A DNA stretch of 62,081 nucleotides, the filler included, from Collodictyon triciliatum (Eukaryota): assembly GCA_043381765.1 (NCBI GenBank). It is 4 parts of 4 records of this genome, joined end to end, with 100 filler letters (N's around TTAATTAATTAA, not from the genome) between each part and the next. Parts side by side here need not be neighbours in the genome. Positions count along the whole stretch, not along the records: positions 1 to 17,344 come from JBHJMP010001459.1; positions 17,445 to 34,873 come from JBHJMP010001460.1; 2 more parts are not named here. The stretch is one strand, 5' to 3'. Every line of letters starts with the position of its first letter. Positions within the stretch are counted from its first letter, which is position 1. Shown one piece after another: positions 10,533 through 20,800 of this stretch. The notes beneath the pieces were generated by a model that searched no databases, had not been told where the DNA came from, and saw only the letters and a program-made list of their open reading frames with translations. A program made the translations under genes and the position numbers.

Positions 10533-12461
10533 CTAGGTGACCTCATGTAAACAGACGTTTTCACTAATGAAGAGAATGCGATTGGGATTTTTGAAGTAAC
10601 TCCAAAAGAAGCGAATAGAAAACAAGCACATAAACAAAAAGGATGAGGAGAGCATAGCTCTTGAAGACATGACAGGGTCTCCATCCATGTAAATGTACCT
10701 ATCGTCAGAGTATGTCTTCCCGATATTTAGCTTACAAAAGACAAATAATAACAGCATGCAAAGCACCCCAATTAAGGAGAAGTAAGAAAGCTTGCGATAT
10801 CTTGGGTTAAAGCAATCTATCATGACGAACCACAAGGCACATATGAGGTAGTAGGCGCAAAATATAATTCGGTAATCCCAATCACACAAGAGACCCGATG
10901 ACAGTATGATTTTGCAGGATAGGAAAGCCACGTACCAGAAATCAAATGACTGGACCATGTGGCGAAACATAAATAGATTTGTAGTGGTTAATATCTGAAT
11001 CATCATGGAAACGATGCTGAATAAAGTGATGGTTGTCGAGCAGAGACGAAACCCTGAAGGGGATTCAATTCCGACAATGAAGGGGAATGAAACAAAAATT
11101 GAGATTAAACAGCAGATTATAATAGTTATGTTATATAATTTGGAGCCCAGAACAACCGCGATTAAAGGGTATTTTCGCGAAATAAACTGAAACAAGAATA
11201 AATGGGCTTCATACTCCACAGTTTGACTTTCCATAATACCTATAGCGAGTTGTTTCTTGTTTAAATTATTGGATATTCCTGCCAGAGATATGTTCCTAAC
11301 CCCCGGAAAGCCATCTTGCCCATCGTCCTCTGATGGTTTACACGCAGAGTTACATGATTGATGACTCAAATCCGGCTCCTGTAGTGGCATGATGGAATTT
11401 AATTGCTTGTCTTGCGCATGGGCATTTTCTGTTGCAGTTTTCTTCAAACTATCTGCATGACTTTCTCGTCCTTGGATTTCAAAATGTCGTGATAGGAAAG
11501 TGATGTTTGATTCCTTCTTCAAAACGAAATTCGTGTACATAATTCGAAGCAAATATATAATCAGACTGCTGAGATTATCCATCGCTTGCAGCCGAAAGTC
11601 GACAAGGATAAGTCCATCGCTACCGAAGGTCAATTGTTCTTTTTTAAAGTCCATCAGTCGGAAAAATAAGATAATGAGGATAGGTGAAATGCTAGAAATA
11701 CCAAAAACAGATGCAAATCGCAGAGCCGATTTCTTCCTTGCTGCGTGAGCATCATAAAAAACAAGAACTAGCAAGATGCTGGTCAACATATGCAATGAGC
11801 TGCACACAATCTTTGCGTTGTCCCCCCACAACAGGACATAACGAAGTAGAAACGAGAGGGTGTTGTATACTGTGAACCAGAAGTTGAAAGACTTTGCTAG
11901 CTCCCGAATGATGCTAACACGTAGAAAGATAGACTGTAGGATTGTAAAATTCACGATTGATAGAAGTTGCATCGGCATGTATACGTCACTAGGGATGATT
12001 TCGTGATTGAATGATATGCCTATGACATTGACACAACAAATCGCCCAATGGAACCATATTAGAAATAAGGTGATGCGGTGTTTGTAAAGCTGAATGACTA
12101 TGTTGCGCACCATCTCGTTTGAGATTACCAGAGTTATGATTGTTTTCCTCCTGTCTATAAAATGGACATCTTTCTTAAGAAGCAGTTTCACACATCGCTT
12201 CTTGGTCGAGTTTATCTCGTTGTCCGACCTTGCATGACTTTTATCAGCTGCCCCTGTTTCATTTGGGGTATGAGAGCCAGCCACGCTTCTGTCTGTGATG
12301 TTGTTGCACTCTATCTTTTGGTTGCGGGCCTTTGATGGAGATGATTCACTTCGGTCGGCCCTGCAGGACTCTAGTTTGTTCTGTGTGGTTGGGATGACTT
12401 CGATCCAGACCTCATCTTGGATACTTGCGCTTTCAACGTCTTCCACGCACTCGATCTTCAT
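10533..12461 (-). CDS. Intronless 642-aa multi-pass membrane protein with two internally repeated halves, function unknown
   Basis: Long uninterrupted ORF with two hydrophobic blocks; ELAKSFNFWF...YDA is echoed by HMVQSFDFWY...IDC; hydrophilic linker between the halves. Confidence 0.85.
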   Translation of the reverse strand: MKIECVEDVESASIQDEVWIEVIPTTQNKLESCRADRSESSPSKARNQKIECNNITDRSVAGSHTPNETGAADKSHARSDNEINSTKKRCVKLLLKKDVHFIDRRKTIITLVISNEMVRNIVIQLYKHRITLFLIWFHWAICCVNVIGISFNHEIIPSDVYMPMQLLSIVNFTILQSIFLRVSIIRELAKSFNFWFTVYNTLSFLLRYVLLWGDNAKIVCSSLHMLTSILLVLVFYDAHAARKKSALRFASVFGISSISPILIILFFRLMDFKKEQLTFGSDGLILVDFRLQAMDNLSSLIIYLLRIMYTNFVLKKESNITFLSRHFEIQGRESHADSLKKTATENAHAQDKQLNSIMPLQEPDLSHQSCNSACKPSEDDGQDGFPGVRNISLAGISNNLNKKQLAIGIMESQTVEYEAHLFLFQFISRKYPLIAVVLGSKLYNITIIICCLISIFVSFPFIVGIESPSGFRLCSTTITLFSIVSMMIQILTTTNLFMFRHMVQSFDFWYVAFLSCKIILSSGLLCDWDYRIIFCAYYLICALWFVMIDCFNPRYRKLSYFSLIGVLCMLLLFVFCKLNIGKTYSDDRYIYMDGDPVMSSRAMLSSSFLFMCLFSIRFFWSYFKNPNRILFISENVCLHEVT

Positions 12462-13035
12462 CAGCTTTAGACTCCGCTTGTGACAGGTCTGAAGCTTTGT
12501 TCCACAGTTTTTTTTTCCTTCGGCTTCGGCTTTGGTGGCTCACCTGGCAGAAGGAAATGTTGAACTTTGATTAAGTTGCTCTCCAATAAGCAAAGGAAGT
12601 GCGTGTACTCTTTTCTTTCTTTGTTTTAGTAGTTTTTGTTCATTGCATCCACCGTGAATGTTTTTCTGTTTGAACACAAATCGATTTCTGGAGTCGGTTT
12701 TGTGAGAAAGGTTTTGTTTACCTTAAAGGCATGAATAAACGCTTTCTGTTTTGCCCTTGGAAAGGATAAATCAGATGAATCCAACACAATCGATCCTGCA
12801 TATTTTTTTTTAATATTTTTTATATTTATTTTTATATAATTATTGTAAACCTGTCCTCCATTCTGGTCAACGAACCTTCCAAAAAAAAAAAAAAAAACAG
12901 CAACCAAACTTCCCTCTCATTCCTGTTGGTCTGCCTTTTAAAAAAAAACTTTGGATCCTTTCTGGCGGAGTTCATATACTCAGATCGACGCTCTTACCTC
13001 CGTAGTAGTCCGCCAGCTTTCTTGCTTCTGAAGAG

Positions 13036-13301
13036 ATGATTTCCTCGGGGCCGTCCGGGTTTTGTAAGTGTACTTTTATTAACTGGATCAATGATTACTC
13101 GCATGTTATTTTCTTTTGTTGATTTTTTGCTCTCTCAAACTCATGAATATTAACGCACCCAATTCAAAGCTGGCTGGGTTATTCTGAAAGAAATTAAGTC
13201 CCTTTTTGTCTTTTACGTCTCTTTGTTTTCAATATTCTCCTCAAAAAATACCATTTCCATGACGTCTTACTTGCTGAAATCAGGAAACATCAATCCCACA
13301 T

Positions 13302-13376
<75 letters not shown>

Positions 13377-15483
13377 TTAAAAAAACGTGCATAATGGTCA
13401 ACGATGGAGTCTTTTTGTTTGAGTTGAATCGTTGTCATATCTAACAATCTAAATCAATTTCAGACCAAGCGCCTGTCACCATGATAATCCAGTGTATCAT
13501 AGGGTTATTCTTTTTCGTCAATGCCGATGGGGTATATTCATAATTGCAATCATCTCGCATCGTCCTCTTATCATTCCTTTTATGCATCCAAAAGATTTTC
13601 CGTTTCACAATCCATTTTTTAGATGAATGGTTCGCGAAATTCCTTACTTGTGTCTCTTCACCGGCTTCTCGGATTTGACAATGGTCTGCATGCAATCTAT
13701 GCGTTTCTTCTAATATACTCTTTTCGCCAATTCGAGAGAAGAATGAGCTCCAGAAAGTTCTCTGTTTGTGACTTATATTCATCAAATCTGTTTTAAACCG
13801 AAGTTTTGACACGGTGCATTTTAAAAAAAAACAATGATGTGGATGAGACACGTTTGGGTCCTAATTTGCTTAATGCAGTTTTACGTCCTCTTCCTCGGTG
13901 GATTATCTTTGCTGCTATACCTTCTAAAGTCAAAAGTTTTGTTGAAGCCTTCTCCTTTGCACATTCCGTACGATATTAGTTTATTCCATTTAGACATATA
14001 TGCATATCGCCGTTTCAACAATCTCTTTATGATTATATCGATGGTAAATATAGGTGCACTTTTAACAGAATTCGTCTACATTCCTATTTTTCCTCTTTTT
14101 TTCTAATACAGGACTGTATTCATCTTCGCTACGTTTATTCTTTTCTTTATTGATATCCCGAGTGTTCGCCAAGGGTCGGTTGTTGGGATTCCAATTTCTG
14201 AGAAAACAACAACTTATATTGTTGGGGGACTGGTATTTGTTGATAATTAAAGGACCCATGTAAAGCCAGGAAAACAATTCTTGATTGGATTTTCCGATTT
14301 ATTCATATTTTCTTTTCCATAGTATATCCCCTCCTATCGCTATTCCTTCATTTTCAATCTCATTTTCAATCTCAATTTCAATTCACTTTTTGGCAAAAAT
14401 GCAGTACTTGCTCACATCAGGCCAGAGCGTCCTTTGGAGCGCAATTGTCGGCACCATTTGGTAAGAATGATTGAGCCGCCAGATTATCACAATTCCCCTT
14501 TCCAGTGCCGATTTTTTAACATTCATAAACCTATTTCTTCCAAAACTTGAAGATGGGCAAGAGCAGAAAGTCAAATATGTTCAAACCGTTTGCATAACTA
14601 AATACATGCCTATCAGCGGTGCAACTTATCGAACTCGCTTTTTCCCTTTCCGCAACATGGAAATCATGAGAGCACTCTCCAGTTTCGGGTCGCAATACCT
14701 TTCCACTTGGATTCAGCCAAAGAATCCACGCAGACCTATCGTTTCAATCGCCGCGGTATCTTTCATTACGGAACCATACACATTCTTTACTTGTTATGTT
14801 TAATAGAGGACGATATGTTAATTGATTATTCACGCATATTTTTTTTGTTAGATTTATTAGATTGTCGACAAGTTGTTTTGGCCAAAAAAATATTATTATG
14901 TCAGAATCTAATTTTCAATGTGTTTAATTGCATTAGGGTCAGCAATTCATAAACGTGAATGAATTGGTATGGATGGCGAACCCAGGCCATTTATAAATAT
15001 ATGCATGACTCTGTCTTATCATCAATCATATCCTATTTCCCATACGATTGGTGTAATATTAGGGGATGAACGAACCTCAACCAAGGCAAATGAATGGAAC
15101 CCCACACCGCCGAGCAAACGCGGTAATTCATTATTTGCACGATATCACGCGTGTTTATAGCTCGTATTCGCGCGCTCTATATATATGGTTTCATAACTGT
15201 ATCCTCATAGAACCCTGAAGTTGAAGTCAACGAGGACCACCTTCACCAACTTGCTGGGTTTGTATTCTCTGTCATTTGGAATATTTCACGACATCCAAGA
15301 AGCGCTATAGAAGAAAAAAAAAACAATTGACGGCCTTCAAACGAAGAAATTCATGTACTCTCTTTTCCGTCTCTTTTTCTATACCCGTATTCAAGGATGG
15401 GATTCAGCATCGAGCAGGCTACACAAGCTCTACGCGTGACAAACAACAACATCGAGCACGCAGCTGCATTGCTTTTGGGTTAA
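13036..15483 (+). CDS. UBAC2: UBAC2/Dsc2-like rhomboid pseudoprotease with C-terminal UBA domain, multi-exon (missed by the ORF track)
   Basis: MISSGPSGF|YQAPVT start; IFATFILFFIDIP...VVGIPISEKTTTYIVGGL; YLLTSGQSVLWSAIVGTICGATY; UBA EDHLHQLAG|MGFSIEQATQALRVTNNNIEHAAALLLG-stop. Confidence 0.82.
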
Positions 15484-15589
15484 ATAAATAAATAAATAAA
15501 TAAAAATGCCGTTTAAATCAGTACAAACAAACAGACAAACAAATATCTAAGAGCCGAAGGAACATGAACCATATTAGAGTATGGTGAAT

Positions 15590-16360
15590 TATTGTGTGTC
15601 TCTCCCCGATGGTTTTCAGCTCGACTTGGGCTGCGGAGCTGTCCCTCTTGGGCAGTTTCCAGCTCACCTTACCGTCATTTCTTTCCTTCCAAGCCCATTG
15701 AACTCATCTCAGTCTACAATTAAATCGGAATAAGGCCTTGTCACGTCCCACAGCTTTTCCTGGCGGCAGCCGGCTTCCTCGTGCCACCTCCAGCACTCGT
15801 AGGAATAAGCGCTCCCTGAGCAATGCAGTCGACAGACCCAGAAGGCAGCAGTGCAAGGGGAAGAGGAAGAGTCTGGCTGAGTCACTCTTTCCCTGTACTT
15901 CAGTTGGGGTGTGTTTATTATCAGTCGAGGGAAGGTAGAAGGCGGAGGCAGAGGCAGAGAACACGGGCACTCCCGAGCGAGTCATAGTCCACTCCTAACC
16001 AGTACCTGAATGTAAATGGGCGGGTCAGAAGTGTGCAGGAAGAAGAAGACAGCAAGCCGCACGAAACCAAGGAGTAAGGGCAGAGTAGATTTGGCTCTGC
16101 GTCTGTGGAGGAATATGTTGGTCATTTGGAAATGCGAGCTCCACGGATGAGGCGCTAACATATGAAACTGACCGCGGCCGATTCGGCTCGCTGGGTTTAA
16201 TCTTGCGCAATCTGGAATCGGGCCCCCGGGTAATTAGCCCATGGGCCACTTGGGAGGTTTTCAGGCTGCCAGACTGGTGAGTGCCGAACTGAGTCAGCAA
16301 ACGCCCGTCTGACGCGCCTGTTAGGTCCCCCAGTGGCCCGGGCGAGAGGGCCCGGGTGAA
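15590..16360 (-). ncRNA. Candidate long structured non-coding RNA, identity unknown
   Basis: GC-rich island without recognisable protein; several nested helices whose wobble pairs read as G-U on the minus strand; found by eye only. Confidence 0.45.
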
Positions 16361-16519
16361 AGTTGCGCCTTGTGCTGTATTGTCGTTCGGTGGAGTTTGT
16401 TTTGTGAAGCGTGTGATTCGGCTGCTTACCTTGGTTGGTCGGCCGGCTTCTGTAGTTTCTTGGACTAGTTTGCGTCTTCTGTGGAGCGGCCTGCTTGCAG
16501 GTTGCTTGGTTGCTGATTG

Positions 16520-17137
16520 ATGGACTTTGACGTGAGGAATCGCTCTGAAGTGTATGATGACCATGATTCTTGGCAGGTTTATGAACACTAAGTAGACCAC
16601 ATGGTGAAACATTCAAAGAATTTCTGAAGAATTATTGCTTAGTATCAATATCAATATTTACAATTGAATATAATTATCACTTAATAAACGACTTGATGGT
16701 TATATGAAAATGAAATATTATTTTTTGGTTGTAAATTCCGCATTTATTAAAATCGATCTGGCCTATTGCGGAAACGTTTTTATGAAAAAGTGATCCTGCG
16801 AGTTGATCGTGTTTTTTTTTTATTTTTCTGTGCTTCTGATTCTGATCCAAGCGATTCATACGCAAGTATACGGAGGCGAAGATAGAACACTTCGAAACTC
16901 TGCCACAAAATACCCTGAGGATTTGGCTTCGCGGTGTGTTTTGACATTTATTTTATTGTCTGCAAGGAAGAAAAGAAAGAGGAAAAGAAAACAAAAAGGA
17001 AAGAAAAAGAAAAGAAAAAGACAAAGGCTGCGAATGGAGGCAGGAAAACTTGTGCAGCTTCTGTCGCTGTTAAACTTTGGACTGTCAACGGAGGACGATT
17101 TGCAGGCATGGAAGGACTCTAATCGCGCTGTGATTGG
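16520..17137 (+). CDS. 5' exons of an unidentified gene, truncated by the linker at 17345
   Basis: ATG 16520 and three exons joined by GT-AG introns give MDFDVRNRSEVYDDHDSWQ|RFIRKYTEAKIEHFETLPQNTLRIWLR|GKLVQLLSLLNFGLSTEDDLQAWKDSNRAVI. Confidence 0.5.
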
Positions 17138-17344
17138 TGAGTTATTCATTTATCTCCCTCTTGTGTAACACACGCAGTCAGCACTTGAGTCAGAGTCAGA
17201 TTTGTTTACTTGATGGTTTGTTTGCATGATTATTTTTTGGAGTAAAAAAGAATAAAGAATAAAGAATAAAGAATAAAGAATAAAGAATAAAGAATAAAGA
17301 ATAAAGAATAAAGAATAAAGAATAAAGAATAAAGAATAAAGAAT

Positions 17345-17444
17345 NNNNNNNNNNNNNNNNNNNNNNNNNNNNNNNNNNNNNNNNNNNNTTAATTAATTAA
17401 NNNNNNNNNNNNNNNNNNNNNNNNNNNNNNNNNNNNNNNNNNNN
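17345..17444. other. Artificial contig linker (100 nt, Ns with central TTAATTAATTAA six-frame stop)
   Basis: Same structure at 34874 and 52399. Confidence 0.97.
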
Positions 17445-17604
17445 GCATAAAAACTTTTGAATAAAGGGTCGACATGGCATCGACAATGGGTGGATTCGTT
17501 TTCATCACGTTCGGATTCCTCGTGAGAACATGTTGATGAAGTACACCAAAGTCTCACCTGATGTAAGCCTAAACGCTCCTGAGAATGAAAAGCTAGATTT
17601 GACT

Positions 17605-17606
<2 letters not shown>
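17445..17606 (+). repeat. Near-identical copy of ACOX exon plus flanks at 19271-19432
   Basis: Same sequence ([32 protein letters not shown]) except ACC vs ACT, followed by poly-T. Confidence 0.92.
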
Positions 17607-17683
<77 letters not shown>

Positions 17684-17827
17684 TTTTTTTTTTTTTTTTT
17701 TTTTGGTTTTTTTTTGGTTTTTTTTTGTTCGTTTGTTATTGGATGTCCTTTTCGCTTTTTCCTCTTGTTTGTCTTTTTGTCCCACATTATAAACATCAGT
17801 TTACTTCTAACCTACACTGTATTCAGA

Positions 17828-20800
17828 AAATAGAAAAGATCGTTTCAGAGCTGAAGGCCGATCCGCTATTCAAGAATTCCGACCGCTACGACTTGACCCA
17901 GGATCAAAGTCGTGAGCGTTGTATCACAAAGGTATCCTTAGAACCCATGAGTTGTCTGTATTTTCACTGCTATAAATTTTGAAGTCTTTTTGAATGGCCT
18001 TCATGGTTCCTCTCAACTCAAAGTCTACAGAAAAAATATGTCTGCTTCTACGTTTTATTAGTTACATTACATCTAGTTCAAAAGTCTTGTCCGATGGTTT
18101 TTGGAGGACCCTGAAGATGACTCTCGTCTTCGAATGACTGTTGTTTCTTTGGCTGACCCGGAGCTTAATACCCGCATTGGTGTTCATGTATGTTCTTAAG
18201 TTCAAGGGATTTATCGTCAGAGAACTTGTACTTTAACTTGATCATCCTTTTCTTTCCTTTTGTTTTTATTTTAGTTTATCTGATCTTAAATTCCAATTCA
18301 TTCATATCGGCTGTTATTTTGGGAATTTTTTTTTAGTGTTTTTAGTTTGGTGCTTTGTTTTTAACTAAAGTGTTAATGCACAATGGCCGTTAAGTACGGT
18401 TTATTCTTTGGTGCTGTGCGTGGACAAGCAACTCCAGACCAGCTTCACCATTGGGTTACCGAAGGAATGCTCACTATGAACTTGGTTGGTTGTTTTGCGA
18501 TGACAGAACTCGGGTAATATATATATACTTGTCTATCCTTCCTGTTTTTTTTTCCTCGGTTATAATTTTTTATCAATTTGTCATATTGCTATTGTTTTTG
18601 GAATCTAGTAGATAACTGATGAGCTCACAATTCATACCTTAGTCATGGCTCTAATGTTCAAGGAATCGAAACTACCGCCACATATGACAAGTTTGTGATG
18701 GATTATCGAATAAGAAATACGGATCGTATGTGTGCTGAAATAAATAAATCAAAGTACACGAGAAGATAGGATGACCTCTTTCTTATTTGATTTATAGATA
18801 GTTTCTCATTTCAAAAAGATTATTTAAGTTGTTTATTTTCATTGAACAGAGCAACACAGGAGTTTGTGATTAACTCCCCATCTCTTACATCGACTAAATG
18901 GTGGATTGGTGGACTCGCCTCTAGTGCAACCCATGCGTAAGCTAGACCTCGATTCGACTTTCAAATACTTTGTTGAACAAAAACAGGAATAATCCTCTAA
19001 TATGAGGGGTTCCTTTGAAGACAAACATTCACAATCATATCTAACCCAATAAAATCATAAAGTGCTGTCTTTGCTCAAACAATCATCGACGGGAAGAAAT
19101 ATGGCGTCAAGACTTTTATTGTTCCTTTGAGAGACCGCGAAACATACGAACCTCTTCCAGGAAGAGAGATCGGAGATTGCGGTGCTAAAATGGTTTGCAT
19201 TATTTTCTTTTCTATGATATTCAAATATTATACGTCATGCACATCATAAATACCATAAAATTGGCAATCTGCATAAAAACTTTTGAATAAAGGGTCGACA
19301 TGGCATCGACAATGGGTGGATTCGTTTTCATCACGTTCGGATTCCTCGTGAGAACATGTTGATGAAGTACACTAAAGTCTCACCTGATGTAAGCCTAAAC
19401 GCTCCTGAGAATGAAAAGCTAGATTTGACTGTTTTTTTTTTTTTTTTCCTCCAAAGACGATGTAGAGTTTAATTAAAAATTTTTGATCCCGTTTAAATTA
19501 TGGTTTATTTTGACTAAAAACATATCATATTTCACAGGGAGTTGTAACCGAGCCCCCGATGCAACAGCTCGCATATGGAGCTCTGATTCTTGGGCGAGTG
19601 GAGATTGTGAAAGGTAAACCCATAAGGGACAAGATAAAATTGAAATTTTTTTGCGTTTATCAGGTTTTGGCAATCTAGTATATGTCTTTGATTAACTCGC
19701 CTCGTATTCGTCAAAATAAAGACTCTGCAAACTTTTTGAAAAAAGCCATCACCATCGCCACGAGATATGGCGCTGTTCGCAGACAATTTTCTACCCGTGT
19801 TTGTATATTGCCATCCATATTATATAGGTATATTTAGTATCTTACGATATTTATGATATCCTAATTTTTATTTTTCATCATACTTCATTACAGCCTGGCG
19901 AGCCTGAACGCAAAATCCTGGATTATACAAACCACCAGTATCGTCTGATGCCCATTCTGGCCACGTCAGTGTTTTAGTCTCTTGATTGGTCCATTCGTGA
20001 TTGTATTGCAAATTTTCCTTCTTCAACACTATCGACAGAGCCTATGCCATGGTTTTTACTGGAAAGAGGCTAAATGAGATTTATCGAGATTTGATTGAGC
20101 TTTTGGAAAGTGGCGATGTAGAAGTAAGCAGATGAATCTCTAGTCAACCTTGGTTTTTTGAATCATGACGCTAAAAAAATAATTATCAAGGATGCCCTCC
20201 CAGCTCTGAAAGAGACTCATGCCACAAGTTCTGGATTGAAAGCCTTCTTTACGTGAGTTTATTGATGCGTATTTTTATCATGTCCAAGCCCCAAGGAAGA
20301 ATAAAAAAAAAATCATGTCCAAGCCCCACTCTCGCCTGCTTAAAGTAAAAATTAAAGCCAGGACCAGTGGGAGAATGACCAGGTAAGAAAAATTAAAGCC
20401 CTGCATTTACTAGATGGTATGTGCTTTCGGCCATTGAAGAATGTAGACAGTGCTGTGGTGGTCACGGCTATTCAGCGTACACAGGCCTATCGTCACTTTA
20501 CAATGACTACGCTGTGCAGTGCACGTGGGAGGTGATACTTGGGCTCTCTTTTTGGTTTTCTTTGCCTATCATAATACTATCAAGTTATGGCACATATCTT
20601 TAATTTTATTTTTCACTATTTTTGTCTTTATCTTTACTTCTTTTTTTTTTAAAAAAAAATGCTCCCAGGGAGATAACACGGTTTTGACTCAACAAACAGC
20701 TCGCTACCTTCTAAACTGCTTCAAAGAAAGCAGAAGTGGAATCCGTCAGGCATAATTTAATATATATGTGTCATCTTTTTTTCCATTGTACACCATTACT

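Noticed and set aside
15590-15720. RNase P or RNase MRP RNA call (GAGTTCAATGG and ACCATCGGGG on the minus strand)
   Set aside because: No matching CR-I/P4 5' strand (GGAAnnUC or GAAAGUCCCC) found, so it is left as an unidentified RNA candidate
16025-16612. 195-aa minus-strand ORF
   Set aside because: No ATG start, no recognisable domain, overlaps the plus-strand gene start; expected by chance in GC-rich DNA
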